DNA from: an uncultured Leptospirales bacterium
Lineage (GTDB): Bacteria > Spirochaetota > UBA4802 > UBA5550
Assembly (NCBI GenBank): GCA_964450405.1
Contig: CAYVCQ010000002.1
Span: forward strand, 320,417-384,416
Direction: 5' to 3'
DNA length: 64,000 nucleotides
In this document: in pieces, positions 19,564 through 29,756 of the stretch
Layout of the letters: every line of letters starts with the position of its first letter
Position numbering within the stretch: the first letter of the stretch is position 1
Made by a program: the position numbers and the translations under genes
Notes under the pieces: model-generated
What the model saw: the letters and a program-made list of their open reading frames with translations, nothing else
The model's database searches: none
What the model was told of the DNA's origin: nothing

Positions 19564-19752
19564 GGAATGAGAACCTCCTATTCCGATGAACATTTTTCTG
19601 ATTACTATTTTTAAAACAGAATGCAACCCTTATCTGCACATTGAATTCTTAACTGGATAAATACAATTAATTTTCAAGCTATTTCGTTATTTTTTGTCTA
19701 TTTTTTGTTACATAAAATGATCTAATTTATAATTTTGCGAGCTTTTAGTATT

Positions 19753-19786
19753 AATAAAAAAAGGTGCCCTTCGCAGGACACCTTTT
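19753..19786 (-). terminator. Rho-independent terminator downstream of the hydrogenase large-subunit gene
   Basis: AAGGTGCCCTTCGCAGGACACCTT hairpin followed on the minus strand by a T7 run. Confidence 0.6.
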
Positions 19787-19810
19787 TCATTTACAAAACA
19801 ATTTGTATTT

Positions 19811-21376
19811 TTAGCAGACTCTGAATTTAGTTATCTCTTTATCACCTTCTACAACATGAATAGCACATGAGAGACACGGGTCAAATGATCTTACAACCCT
19901 TGCAGCTTCAATAGGATTTGCATTATCAGCAATAGGTGTTCCTATTAGAGCCTGTTCAACCGGGCCTCTTCCGCCCTTATCATCTTTAGGTGAACAGAAC
20001 CATGTTGTAGGAACAACTGCCTGATAATTCTGAATTTTTCTGTCCTTGATTACTATCCAGTGACCAAGACCTCCACGTGCAGCCTCGATCAGACCTTCAC
20101 CTTCCCCTGAATCAGGAATAGTGTATGGGTTTCTCGGATTTGCGCCCGGCTCAAGATCCTCAAGCCAGTTTAACATCTCTCCGCCGATAATCTTGGACTC
20201 AATCGCTCTTGAAGCATGTCTTCCAAGAACTGAAAAAGCAGCTGGAACTTCGGAATTAAAAATTTTAAGAACTCCATCAAGCTCCTTCTTAACCTGCTTA
20301 TTGCCTGATTGATAAGCAACCACCATCCTGGCAAGAGCGCCCACTTCCATAGGTCTGTCATCATATCTTGGTGCTTTAACCCATGAGTATGCGCCGCCCT
20401 TATTCGGATCAGCTATAGTTTCACCCTTCAATGGATGAAGATTTGAACCTGATTTATATCTGGCATACTTAACCTGCTCGCGAATCTTAGAAGTATCAAG
20501 CTTCTCGAGTTTTCCGTCAAATATTCCCTGCTCTAAAAGGAAACTGCTGCGGTCTTCATTTTTATCATAAACTCCGTAAGACATAAATCTGTCATATTTA
20601 CCTAGCTTAAAATAATCAGGAAATGCCTTAGCAACTGCAACTACATGAGGAGTATATGTTTCAGTTACAAATTCATTAACTTCTTTAAGAAATTTTTTGA
20701 ATGCTTTTATATTACTTCTGGTTGGTATAGTTGTAACTCCGCCGGGAACAAGAGCGATAGGATGAGGTGCTCTTCCTCCGAACATTGCCACCATCTGATG
20801 AGCCTTCTGTCTGATATCAAGAGCTTTCACATATCCGGCTATTGCATCAAGATTTGTTGCAGTATCCTTAATGTAAAAATCTTTCCCTTCATATCTTGGA
20901 AGGAATGGTCCGCCGGCAGTGATTTCGTCTTTTCTGCCTTTCTTAACTGCCAGTTCATTTTTAACCCAATCTCTGATTCTCACCATTCCGTCATCTGAAC
21001 CCTTATACTGAAGAATTGCTGTGATATCAACAAAGTCAAGTGCAGCAAGATGATAGAAATGAAGAATATGCGACTGGAGGGTATTTGCCCCTAAAATCAA
21101 ATTCCTTAAAATACGGCCGTTTTTGGTCGGTTTAATATTAAATGCATCATCAAGAGCTCTGCTTGAAGCTTCTCCGTGAGAGACCGGACAAACTCCGCAT
21201 ATTCTCATTACGATCTGATTTGCATCAACGGGATTTCTCCCCTGAAGAATAGTTTCATAACCTCTAAACATATCTCCACGGCATTTGGCATCAACAACCT
21301 TACCGTTCTGTACATCCATCTCTATTGAAAGATGACCCTCTATCCTTGTCAAAGGATCAATTAATACCTTAGCCAT
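19811..21376 (-). CDS. [NiFe] hydrogenase large subunit
   Basis: 521 aa; N-terminal RICGVCPVSHG (L1 Ni-binding) and C-terminal DPCLSCAIH (L2) motifs. Confidence 0.9.
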   Translation of the reverse strand: MAKVLIDPLTRIEGHLSIEMDVQNGKVVDAKCRGDMFRGYETILQGRNPVDANQIVMRICGVCPVSHGEASSRALDDAFNIKPTKNGRILRNLILGANTLQSHILHFYHLAALDFVDITAILQYKGSDDGMVRIRDWVKNELAVKKGRKDEITAGGPFLPRYEGKDFYIKDTATNLDAIAGYVKALDIRQKAHQMVAMFGGRAPHPIALVPGGVTTIPTRSNIKAFKKFLKEVNEFVTETYTPHVVAVAKAFPDYFKLGKYDRFMSYGVYDKNEDRSSFLLEQGIFDGKLEKLDTSKIREQVKYARYKSGSNLHPLKGETIADPNKGGAYSWVKAPRYDDRPMEVGALARMVVAYQSGNKQVKKELDGVLKIFNSEVPAAFSVLGRHASRAIESKIIGGEMLNWLEDLEPGANPRNPYTIPDSGEGEGLIEAARGGLGHWIVIKDRKIQNYQAVVPTTWFCSPKDDKGGRGPVEQALIGTPIADNANPIEAARVVRSFDPCLSCAIHVVEGDKEITKFRVC

Positions 21377-22382
21377 TGATTACACCTCCCTTCACAGCTT
21401 TGCTCACTATACTGGCAACATTTGTCTTTGCATCATTGTTATCAGAATGCAGATTTTTATAAATTCCTCTTGTACCATAATCCGGGAAAACTTTTTCAGT
21501 ACATCCTATGCAGCCTGAACCGCATTCAGTACAGGAATTTGCACCGTTATTCCATTTTCTCTCAGGAATATCACATCCTGAATCCATTCCAAGACATCCG
21601 AGATTATAAAGACATCCGTCTCCATCGCCCCACTCTTTGGCGAAGATTCCACGTTTATAAGAGTACAATCTTTCACACTGCTCATGAACAGTTTTGCCAT
21701 AATACATCTTAGGTCTGTTATATTCATCAAGCTCCGGCATACCTTTAAGAAGCACATGAAGAAGTGTTCCAACCATCCAATCAGGATGAGGAGGGCATCC
21801 AGGTATATTTAATACAACTTTGTCTTTCAATATTTCCTGCAGAGATACAGCACCGGTCTGGTTTTCACCGAACACCGGACTTTTTCCTGCAGGAATTCCG
21901 CCATATGATGAACAGGTCCCGACAGCAACAACTGCCAATGCATTTTTGCCGAGTTTTTCAATCCATTCTCTGGAGCTGATGGTTCGTCCATCCATCTCTC
22001 CCTCTGTGCTGTAAAGAGCATGTTTTGTAGGTATTGAACCTTCAACTATAAGAACAAAATCCTTTCTCTCTTTCTTCACGGCTTCTTCAAGAACCTTAGT
22101 TGCAGATGACCCGGTTCCACCCATTATTACTCCCTGAAAATTAACACTGATATGTTCTGTTATTACAGATACTATATCAGGATTAAGTTTATTTAGAAGA
22201 GATACAGAACATCCTGAACATGACTGCGCTTCCAACCATATAACATTTGTTCTAGCACTTGCTTTTTCTAAAGCTTTCTTACACCCCTGAATCATGACTC
22301 CCGGAAAAGCAAGGGCAGCAGTAGTTCCGCCCATAATTTTCAGGAATTCCCGTCTATTCAATGCCATAAAATCCTCCATCAA
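21369..22382 (-). CDS. [NiFe] hydrogenase small subunit (Tat-exported)
   Basis: 337 aa; twin-arginine signal NRREFLKIMGG; FeS-cluster cysteines (CSGCS, GCPP...). Confidence 0.9.
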   Translation of the reverse strand: MMEDFMALNRREFLKIMGGTTAALAFPGVMIQGCKKALEKASARTNVIWLEAQSCSGCSVSLLNKLNPDIVSVITEHISVNFQGVIMGGTGSSATKVLEEAVKKERKDFVLIVEGSIPTKHALYSTEGEMDGRTISSREWIEKLGKNALAVVAVGTCSSYGGIPAGKSPVFGENQTGAVSLQEILKDKVVLNIPGCPPHPDWMVGTLLHVLLKGMPELDEYNRPKMYYGKTVHEQCERLYSYKRGIFAKEWGDGDGCLYNLGCLGMDSGCDIPERKWNNGANSCTECGSGCIGCTEKVFPDYGTRGIYKNLHSDNNDAKTNVASIVSKAVKGGVING

Positions 22383-22410
22383 ATTATTTCTCTTGTTACG
22401 ATAATTACAT

Positions 22411-22890
22411 TTAAGAATTTAAGACTGCAGCTTCTAAAATCAGTTCCACAGCTTTTGGTACAGCTTTTTTTACAGAATCACTTATGCCTATTTCCAGTGA
22501 GTTGATATCCTCCGGAACGACACCGATAATTTCTATTTCCGGATTCTCTCCGGTAATTGAAAGCATATCAATGATTTTTTTTACACCCATTTCGTGAAGA
22601 GAAAATTTATTATTGGTGTCCGCAAGATGTTTAGCCGGGAATTTATATATACTCCCCGGTTCATCCCCCATTTTTAAAGCATCAACAATTACAATTTTTT
22701 CCCTTCCCGACATCAGCGGCAGAAGATCATAACCAAGAACTCCTCCGTCTGCAACTTCAACATATTTTGGAAGATCTTTCACAGAATTAACTATTTCATT
22801 AACGATGAAAACCCCAAGACCGTCATCCTTATGAAGCATATTCCCGATCCCCAGAATCAGAACTTTTTTCTTTTTTTTACTATTTTTCAT
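22411..22890 (-). CDS. Hydrogenase maturation endopeptidase (HyaD/HybD family)
   Basis: 159 aa; VLILGIGNMLHKDDGLGVFIV N-terminus typical of the family. Confidence 0.8.
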   Translation of the reverse strand: MKNSKKKKKVLILGIGNMLHKDDGLGVFIVNEIVNSVKDLPKYVEVADGGVLGYDLLPLMSGREKIVIVDALKMGDEPGSIYKFPAKHLADTNNKFSLHEMGVKKIIDMLSITGENPEIEIIGVVPEDINSLEIGISDSVKKAVPKAVELILEAAVLNS

Positions 22891-22905
22891 TTAAGCCTGG
22901 CACGG

Positions 22906-23292
22906 TCAATGACACTCCATACATTTCTGAGGCCCTTTCTTTTTTGCAATATGGCAGTCAACACAGAGACCATGCATCTTTTCATAACCGGCCTGTCCGT
23001 TATGACATTTTGCACATTTTTTTTCACGCGCATCATTGCCTTTTTTATGATGGCAGGTATCGCATGCCATACCCTGTTTTTCATGTACCTTATGCGACAT
23101 GGTAACCGCACCGACCTGCCCTTTATAAGGGGACACTCCGTCTTTCTGAATTCCATAGGCGGTAACCTTGGTTATCACTACTTCATCAGTATCAACGGGA
23201 TTGCCTCTGTTAACCCATGGATCCGGTTCGCAGGCAGCAAGTACAAGAAAAAGCAGACATAAAAACGCAGGGAAAAGTTTAAAAAAATTCAC
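22906..23292 (-). CDS. Tetraheme cytochrome c3-like periplasmic protein
   Basis: 128 aa with signal peptide and four CxxCH motifs (CDTCH, CAKCH, CVDCH, CMECH). Confidence 0.8.
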   Translation of the reverse strand: MNFFKLFPAFLCLLFLVLAACEPDPWVNRGNPVDTDEVVITKVTAYGIQKDGVSPYKGQVGAVTMSHKVHEKQGMACDTCHHKKGNDAREKKCAKCHNGQAGYEKMHGLCVDCHIAKKKGPQKCMECH

Positions 23293-23374
23293 ACCACCTC
23301 TCCTTCTTATATTTATTTAAATTATTTTGGGACAAGTTAAAAAGCAACCAATACATAAAATCGATATTTTCAAT

Positions 23375-23424
23375 ACTGACTAATGAGTCAGTACCTTGAT
23401 TCGACCAAATGTCATTTATGACAT
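23375..23424. promoter_or_regulatory. Two adjacent palindromes upstream of the cytochrome c3/hydrogenase operon (ACTGACT-aatg-AGTCAGT and ATGTCAT-tt-ATGACAT); candidate operators
   Basis: Read from sequence; 85-130 bp upstream of the operon start in a 560-bp divergent intergenic region. Confidence 0.3.
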
Positions 23425-23853
23425 ATTAAAAGCATAAGTCAAATCAAATTTTTGTATTAAAGGTGTATTAAGGGAGGATGCAAACAGACTAAGGCAAAAA
23501 GTCAATGTTTTTTTTTATATTCAAGTACATTATATAAGAAAGAAGCTTAATTTATTAAGCCACTCTCCGTAAAACAGACATAAAGCTTAACGTTAACTCT
23601 ATATATGCTATATTATCTTAGAACAGCCATAATCGTATCAACTTTACAATGATCTCTTAAAAATGATAATAATTGAATTGACTGTTCCTCTTTAGATTAT
23701 TATTTTAATTGATACGCATGATTTAAATACAATTTAAAAATGTTTTTTATCACTCAAGCTTCTATAAAGTTAACACAATTGTAACAATTGGTCTTGTATG
23801 TTTCAGATTAAAAGTCAGCTATTTTTATTTTCATAAAACGAAGGGGTTAAACA

Positions 23854-26568
23854 ATGAACAAAAGAGCAACGGTGATTCTTATAGTTTTTTTTGTGCTCTA
23901 CTTTCTGGCGAAGTATATTTCTAATTTTTATATAGATTATGAATGGTTCAGACTAAACAACGGTTTACAAGTGTTCTGGGTGCTTTTTATGACCAAGTTC
24001 AATGTTCAGACAATATTCGGAGCTTCTTTTATCGGAATATTTATGCTGAATTTTCTGCTTATAAGATTGCTTGGAGGAAAGGGGAGATTTTTTGTTGAGA
24101 ACTTTCTGGACAGAATTCAGATTCCTGCCATCGGATCATCAAGACATCTGCTGCTGATAATTCTTACCGCCATAATTGTTTTTGTAGGATTTATTATGGG
24201 AGGAACAGCCTCGGCTTTCTGGAAAGAGTATCTGATGTATAAAAACTCTGTCCCGTTCGATGGATTTCCCGTTGATCCGATATTCGCTAAAAATATAGGA
24301 TTCTATGTTTTCTCTCTCCCCTTCTACCAGTTCCTCTACGGCTGGCTCATGAGTACTCTGGTGATAATAACAATTTTTTCTTCTGTAATACATTTTTTTA
24401 ACGGTGGGATTTTCTTTAAAAACGGAAAGATTGAGTTTTCTCTCTTCTGCAGAGCTCACCTATCTATTCTTCTGGCTTTACTTGTTACACTTTACGGCTT
24501 CAGCTATCAGATATCGGCCTATGAACTTCTTTTCTCGCAGGTGGGGAAATTTTACGGCGCTGGATACGCAGCCGTTCACTCAAAACTTCTGGCATTCAGA
24601 GTTGCAGAAGTAATATCATTTATCGCCGCCGCCCTCCTTCTTTTCAATGTGTTCAAGAGGAGTTTTAAACTTCCTGTAATTGTAATGATAACTATCATTC
24701 CGGTTTATTTTATTCTTGGTACAATCTATCCTTCTCTTCAGCAGAGATTTGTCGTAGTACCAAATGAACTCGACAAGGAAAAACCATTTATTCAGAATAA
24801 CATCGACTTCACACGCCTTGCATACGGGATCAATAAAGTGGAAGAGATCCCCTTTGAGAATAAAAGAGAACTGAGTTATAAAGATCTCACAGACAATAAA
24901 GATACACTTGAGAGCGTAAGGCTATGGGACTGGAGACCGCTCAAGCAGACATATAAGCAGCTTCAGGAACTTAAACAGTACTACTTCTTTAACGATGTGG
25001 ATGTTGACCGCTACACTATCAACGGGAAAAAAATTGCGGTAAACCTCTCTGCCAGAGAACTTTCGATAGAGGGACTCGGCGGAAACAGCCAGACCTGGCA
25101 GAACAGACACCTTATCTACACTCACGGCTATGGTGCTGTTATGAGCAGAGTTGATAGAATTTCCCCTGAGGGACTTCCGGTTTTTTTAATTCAGGATATT
25201 CCTCCGAAAACTGATACCGGTATAAAAATTGATAAACCGGAAGTCTACTACGGAGAACATAATAACTCCTATGCGATAACAAATACCTCAATCAAACCGG
25301 GAGAGTTTGATTATCCGTCAGGTGATGAAAACAAATACACTACATACAGCGGATCAGGGGGCATTAAACTCGATTCATTCTTTAAAAGATTTATGGCGGC
25401 TGTTGCCTTCGGAGATATAAACCTTCTTATATCGAGCAATATCAGTAATGAGAGCAGAATTCTATTTAAAAGAAATATTGTAGAGATCGCGCAAACCTAT
25501 GTTCCGTTCCTTGAACTTGATGATGATCCGTACCTTGCAATCTCGGATGGAAAACTTTACTGGATCATCGACGCATATACTCAATCAGACCAGTTTCCAT
25601 ATTCTACACCGATCAATGTCGCCGGAAAAGATCTCAATTATATAAGAAATTCCGTCAAAATAATAATTGATGCGTATGACGGAAAGATCAGCTGCTACAT
25701 ATCCGACAGCAGTGATCCGATAATTAAGGCATATGCTAAAATTTTCCCGTCTCTGTTTAAAGATCTGAAGGATGTGCCTGATGGCCTTAAGTCTCACATC
25801 AGATACCCTGAAACAATCTTCAATATTCAGAGCCAGATGCTTCTGAAATACCACATGACTAATCCGAATGTATTCTATAACAACGAGGATGCATGGGCGA
25901 TACCTACTCAGATTTATGGTGAATCTGAAGAGCTTGTTCACAGTTACTATCTTGTAACAACTCTTCCTAATGAAAAACGAAGTGAATTTATTCTTATACT
26001 CCCGTTCACTCCATACAAAAAGAACAACATGACTTCATTCCTCACTGCAAAATGTGATATGCCCGATTACGGCAAACTGCAGCTTTATCAGCTTCCAAAG
26101 GACAAGCTCAATTATGGTCCTATGCAGATCGAGGCGAGAATAAATCAGGATCCGGAGATTTCGAAACAGCTCACTTTATGGAGCCAGAAAGGTTCGAACG
26201 TAATACGGGGTAATATGCTGGCTATACCGATCAAAGAATCGATTGTCTTTATTGAGCCGCTATATCTTAAAGCTGAAACAAGTGAAATGCCGGAGCTGAA
26301 AAAAGTTATCGTTGCATTTGCCGACAAGATTGTCATGGAAAATGATCTCCCCTCCGCACTGGAAAAACTTTTCTTCGGCGGCGGATTTACCTCAGATACG
26401 GATAAGAACAGTGTTAAAGGTATGAGTCTCAAAGCTCTTGCTGACCGTGCCTCATTCCACTTTTCCAAATCGGAGGAGTATATGCGCGCAGGTAACTGGA
26501 AGGGCTACGGAGAGGAACTTGAAAATTTAAAAAATATTCTAAACCAGATGAAGAGCCAGGGGAACTGA
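23854..26568 (+). CDS. UPF0182 family large membrane protein
   Basis: 904 aa; ~7 N-terminal TM helices followed by a large extracytoplasmic domain, as in the UPF0182 family. Confidence 0.65.
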   Translation: MNKRATVILIVFFVLYFLAKYISNFYIDYEWFRLNNGLQVFWVLFMTKFNVQTIFGASFIGIFMLNFLLIRLLGGKGRFFVENFLDRIQIPAIGSSRHLLLIILTAIIVFVGFIMGGTASAFWKEYLMYKNSVPFDGFPVDPIFAKNIGFYVFSLPFYQFLYGWLMSTLVIITIFSSVIHFFNGGIFFKNGKIEFSLFCRAHLSILLALLVTLYGFSYQISAYELLFSQVGKFYGAGYAAVHSKLLAFRVAEVISFIAAALLLFNVFKRSFKLPVIVMITIIPVYFILGTIYPSLQQRFVVVPNELDKEKPFIQNNIDFTRLAYGINKVEEIPFENKRELSYKDLTDNKDTLESVRLWDWRPLKQTYKQLQELKQYYFFNDVDVDRYTINGKKIAVNLSARELSIEGLGGNSQTWQNRHLIYTHGYGAVMSRVDRISPEGLPVFLIQDIPPKTDTGIKIDKPEVYYGEHNNSYAITNTSIKPGEFDYPSGDENKYTTYSGSGGIKLDSFFKRFMAAVAFGDINLLISSNISNESRILFKRNIVEIAQTYVPFLELDDDPYLAISDGKLYWIIDAYTQSDQFPYSTPINVAGKDLNYIRNSVKIIIDAYDGKISCYISDSSDPIIKAYAKIFPSLFKDLKDVPDGLKSHIRYPETIFNIQSQMLLKYHMTNPNVFYNNEDAWAIPTQIYGESEELVHSYYLVTTLPNEKRSEFILILPFTPYKKNNMTSFLTAKCDMPDYGKLQLYQLPKDKLNYGPMQIEARINQDPEISKQLTLWSQKGSNVIRGNMLAIPIKESIVFIEPLYLKAETSEMPELKKVIVAFADKIVMENDLPSALEKLFFGGGFTSDTDKNSVKGMSLKALADRASFHFSKSEEYMRAGNWKGYGEELENLKNILNQMKSQGN

Positions 26569-28100
26569 TGAAGCTGGAGAGATCATGCGGAGTTCTGCTC
26601 CATATAACAAGTCTTCCCGGAAAATACGGAACAGGTACCATGGGTGATGAAGCATATGAGTTTATCGATCTTCTTGCGGGGAATGGTGTAACTTGGTGGC
26701 AGATTCTTCCTACTGGACCTGTTTCAGATTCAATGTGCTACTCCCCCTACTCATCATTGTCGAGTTTCGCCGGGAATGAGCTTTTTATCAGCTGCGAAAG
26801 AATCAGAAATAAAAAGTGGTACAGGAATGATTTAGAAATATCTGAAGTGACCGAAAGCTCTTTTGCAGATTTTAAAACTGCAGAAGTGCGCATTTTGAAC
26901 TTTCTGAAAAATGCTGAAATCGATTTCTGGAAACACTGCTCTCCTGGAGAGAGAGAGTTATTTGATCTTTTTATTCTTGAACATGGAGACAACTGGCTTA
27001 ATGATTATGCGCTATACAGGGCATTATCAGTTAAATACAATTCATACAACTGGCTGGAATGGGATAAAGAAATTGCTCTTCGGGATAAGAAGGCTATCAC
27101 AGATGCGGCAGATGAACTTGAAGATGAAATAAATTCTACAAAATTCGCTCAATACATATTCTTTTCACAATGGGAAGAAATGAGAGAATATGCAAAAACC
27201 AGAAAGATAAAAATTATCGGTGATATACCAATCTATATGTCAATGGACAGCTCCGATTCGTGGGTTGCGCAGAGTATTCTTGAAATAGATTATGACAAAA
27301 TGAAACCTGCATTTGTAGCCGGAGTACCACCTGATTATTTTAGCGAAACCGGCCAGCTATGGGGGAATCCCGTTTACAAATGGCACATGGCGGACGGAGA
27401 GCTCAATGAAGAGACATATCAGTGGTGGCTAAAGAGGATGAGACACTCTCTCAAACTTGCCGATATCACAAGAATAGATCACTTCCGGGGATTCGAATCT
27501 TTCTGGTCTGTAAAATATGGAGAAGAAACAGCAGTTGACGGAGAATGGATTGATGGACCCGGGAAAGTTTTTTTTGACAGACTTAGTATCGATATAGGAG
27601 AACTCCCCATCATTGCTGAAGATCTTGGTGTTATAACTCCGGGAGTGAAAAAACTTAGGGACGACCTCAATCTCCCGGGGATGAAGATACTTCTATTTGC
27701 ATTTGATCAGAATAACAAAAACGAGTATCTGCCGCATAACATAAAGAATAAGGATTGTGTCATATACACAGGAACTCATGATAATGACACTGCAAACGGA
27801 TGGTTTTACGACCCTTCTTTCAATCAGAGTGACCGTGATTATATAATAGAATATCTTGCTATGAAAGACTGGAGCGATTTTCATCTGAGGATTATCCGTG
27901 AAGCCATGGCAACAATTGCTGATCTTGTCATCATCCCTGCACAGGATATACTGGGTTATAACAGTAAATTCAGAATGAATACACCGGGAACAACAGAAAA
28001 CAACTGGATCTGGAAGCTTACAAAGGGAGCACTAAACAGGGATAATATGGGGAAGATCAAAAAAATGGCGCATATGTTTTCGAGGATTGTGGAGGAGTGA
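26568..28100 (+). CDS. malQ: 4-alpha-glucanotransferase (amylomaltase, GH77)
   Basis: 510 aa; CGVLLHITSLPGKYGTGTMGDEAYEFIDLLAGNGVTWWQILP N-terminus diagnostic of MalQ; ATGA overlap with upstream gene. Confidence 0.9.
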   Translation: MKLERSCGVLLHITSLPGKYGTGTMGDEAYEFIDLLAGNGVTWWQILPTGPVSDSMCYSPYSSLSSFAGNELFISCERIRNKKWYRNDLEISEVTESSFADFKTAEVRILNFLKNAEIDFWKHCSPGERELFDLFILEHGDNWLNDYALYRALSVKYNSYNWLEWDKEIALRDKKAITDAADELEDEINSTKFAQYIFFSQWEEMREYAKTRKIKIIGDIPIYMSMDSSDSWVAQSILEIDYDKMKPAFVAGVPPDYFSETGQLWGNPVYKWHMADGELNEETYQWWLKRMRHSLKLADITRIDHFRGFESFWSVKYGEETAVDGEWIDGPGKVFFDRLSIDIGELPIIAEDLGVITPGVKKLRDDLNLPGMKILLFAFDQNNKNEYLPHNIKNKDCVIYTGTHDNDTANGWFYDPSFNQSDRDYIIEYLAMKDWSDFHLRIIREAMATIADLVIIPAQDILGYNSKFRMNTPGTTENNWIWKLTKGALNRDNMGKIKKMAHMFSRIVEE

Positions 28101-28116
28101 GACAATAAAACCACTA

Positions 28117-28239
28117 ACCGCCCCCTCTGGCCGCTGGCCATCTCCCCCATGAATGGGGGGAGAAATGATAGTAAATATTTTGTTTACCCCTTTCTCCCAT
28201 TCATGTGGAAAGGTGCCCAGAGTGCGGATAGGGGCGGAT
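28117..28239 (+). repeat. Structured repeat element copy 1 (CTGGCCGCTGGCCA...CCATGAATGGGGGAGAAA-loop-TTTCTCCCATTCATG...GGATAGGGGCGGAT)
   Basis: ~92% identical over ~100 nt to a second copy at 31405-31590. Internal 14-bp inverted repeat ATGAATGGGGGAGAAA/TTTCTCCCATTCAT and outer CCGCCCC/GGGGCGG pairing. Confidence 0.75.
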
Positions 28240-28323
28240 GATCAATATTGCAATTATTATATTCAGCATAACAAGTGGTTGTAACCCCTTGTTCGAAATA
28301 TAAAACAAAACAGGAGAAATAAA

Positions 28324-28911
28324 ATGAAAAGACTCATAACACTATTAGCGGCAGCAGCCGTTGCACTCAGCTTAAGCTCATGCGGATACAATCAGATGCA
28401 GGCAAATGAAGAAGAAGTATTTGCAGCGTGGGGGGATGTTGAAGCGGCCTATCAGAGAAGGATGGATCTTATCCCTAATCTCGTTGAAGTTGTAAAGGGA
28501 TATGCTGCACATGAAAAGGATACACTGACAGCCGTAACTGAAGCAAGATCAAAAGTAGGATCATTTCAGGTAACTAAAGATGTGTTAAAAGATCCCGCCG
28601 CATTCCAGAAATTTCAAAGTGTACAGGGCGATCTTTCATCTGCTCTTTCAAAACTTATGGTGGTTGTGGAAAAATACCCTGACCTGAAAGCAAACCAGAA
28701 TTTCACAGATCTGCAGAATCAGCTCGAAGGTACTGAAAATAGAATCAATGTTGCCCGGGTAAGATTCAACCAGTCCGTACAGAAGTTCAATACATCTATC
28801 AGAGTTTTCCCTAACAGCCTTACAAACAGTATTATGCTGCATCTTGAAAGAAAGGAACCCTTCAAATCGCAGGAAGGAGCATCCACTGCACCTAAGGTAA
28901 ATTTCAAATGA
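28324..28911 (+). CDS. lemA: LemA family protein
   Basis: 195 aa, lipoprotein-type signal (LSLSSCGYN), EEEVFAAWGDVEAAYQRRMDLIPNLVEVVKGYAAHEKDTL characteristic LemA block. Confidence 0.85.
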   Translation: MKRLITLLAAAAVALSLSSCGYNQMQANEEEVFAAWGDVEAAYQRRMDLIPNLVEVVKGYAAHEKDTLTAVTEARSKVGSFQVTKDVLKDPAAFQKFQSVQGDLSSALSKLMVVVEKYPDLKANQNFTDLQNQLEGTENRINVARVRFNQSVQKFNTSIRVFPNSLTNSIMLHLERKEPFKSQEGASTAPKVNFK

Positions 28912-29756
28912 AACGCATCCTGCTGATAATTGTTTCAGGCATAATTTTATTGCCCTCTACTTTGACTTTTGCGCTTGAAGTCCCGGCATTAAAATCGCGT
29001 GTAAATGATTATGCGGATATGATCTCACCGGAGACCGAATCACTCCTTGAAGATAGACTTAAATCTTTCGAGGAGTCAGATTCCACACAGGTGGTAATAC
29101 TAACGGTAAACTCTCTTGAGGGTGATGCACTGGAGGATTTCACTATTCGTGTTGCTGAAAAATGGAAAATCGGTCAGTCAAAAAAAGATAACGGCGTAAT
29201 ACTCTTCGCATCAAAAAATGACAGACTAACCCGGATTGAGGTTGGTCGGGGTCTTGAAGGTGTACTTACCGATCTTCTCTCAGGACGTATTCTTGACAAT
29301 GTCATGAGACCAAAATTTAAAGCCGGTGATTTCGATGGAGGCTTTCTTGAAGGAATAGGATCCATTATTCAGGTGTGCAGAGGCGAGTTTAAAAATGACT
29401 CCCCGGCCGGGTCTTCATCCGATGGTGAATCTCCAATTGGAAAATATCTGATTTTTATTCTTGGATTTCTTTATGTAATAATAACTATAGTTTCAAAATT
29501 TTCAAGAATCTTTGGAGGCGGTATAGGTGCTGTTGCTCTACCGGCAATTATATATTTCGGATTTGCTCCGATGGGGTTAGCCGGAATTATTGTAACTGCC
29601 GTTATTGGCTTTATAATAGCTCTTATTGCTCCATTTATACCAATTTTCGGAGGTCACTCCGGCGGCAGTTCAGGAAGAGGTTCAAGTTTCGGCGGAGGAG
29701 GTTTCTCCGGCGGAGGTGGAAGTTTTGGAGGGGGAGGATCATCAGGAGGATGGTAA
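28908..29756 (+). CDS. TPM-domain protein (YgcG-like) with C-terminal TM and Gly-rich tail
   Basis: 282 aa; TPM core VVILTVNSLEG...IEVGRGLEG...; tail GGSSGRGSSFGGGGFSGGGGSFGGGGSSGGW; 4-nt overlap with lemA. Confidence 0.8.
   Translation: MKRILLIIVSGIILLPSTLTFALEVPALKSRVNDYADMISPETESLLEDRLKSFEESDSTQVVILTVNSLEGDALEDFTIRVAEKWKIGQSKKDNGVILFASKNDRLTRIEVGRGLEGVLTDLLSGRILDNVMRPKFKAGDFDGGFLEGIGSIIQVCRGEFKNDSPAGSSSDGESPIGKYLIFILGFLYVIITIVSKFSRIFGGGIGAVALPAIIYFGFAPMGLAGIIVTAVIGFIIALIAPFIPIFGGHSGGSSGRGSSFGGGGFSGGGGSFGGGGSSGGW

Noticed and set aside
19564-19626. Longer start for the ABC ATPase
   Set aside because: The internal ATG is preceded by an AGGAGG RBS and matches the usual N-terminus of ABC ATPases; the extension would overlap the intergenic promoter region.
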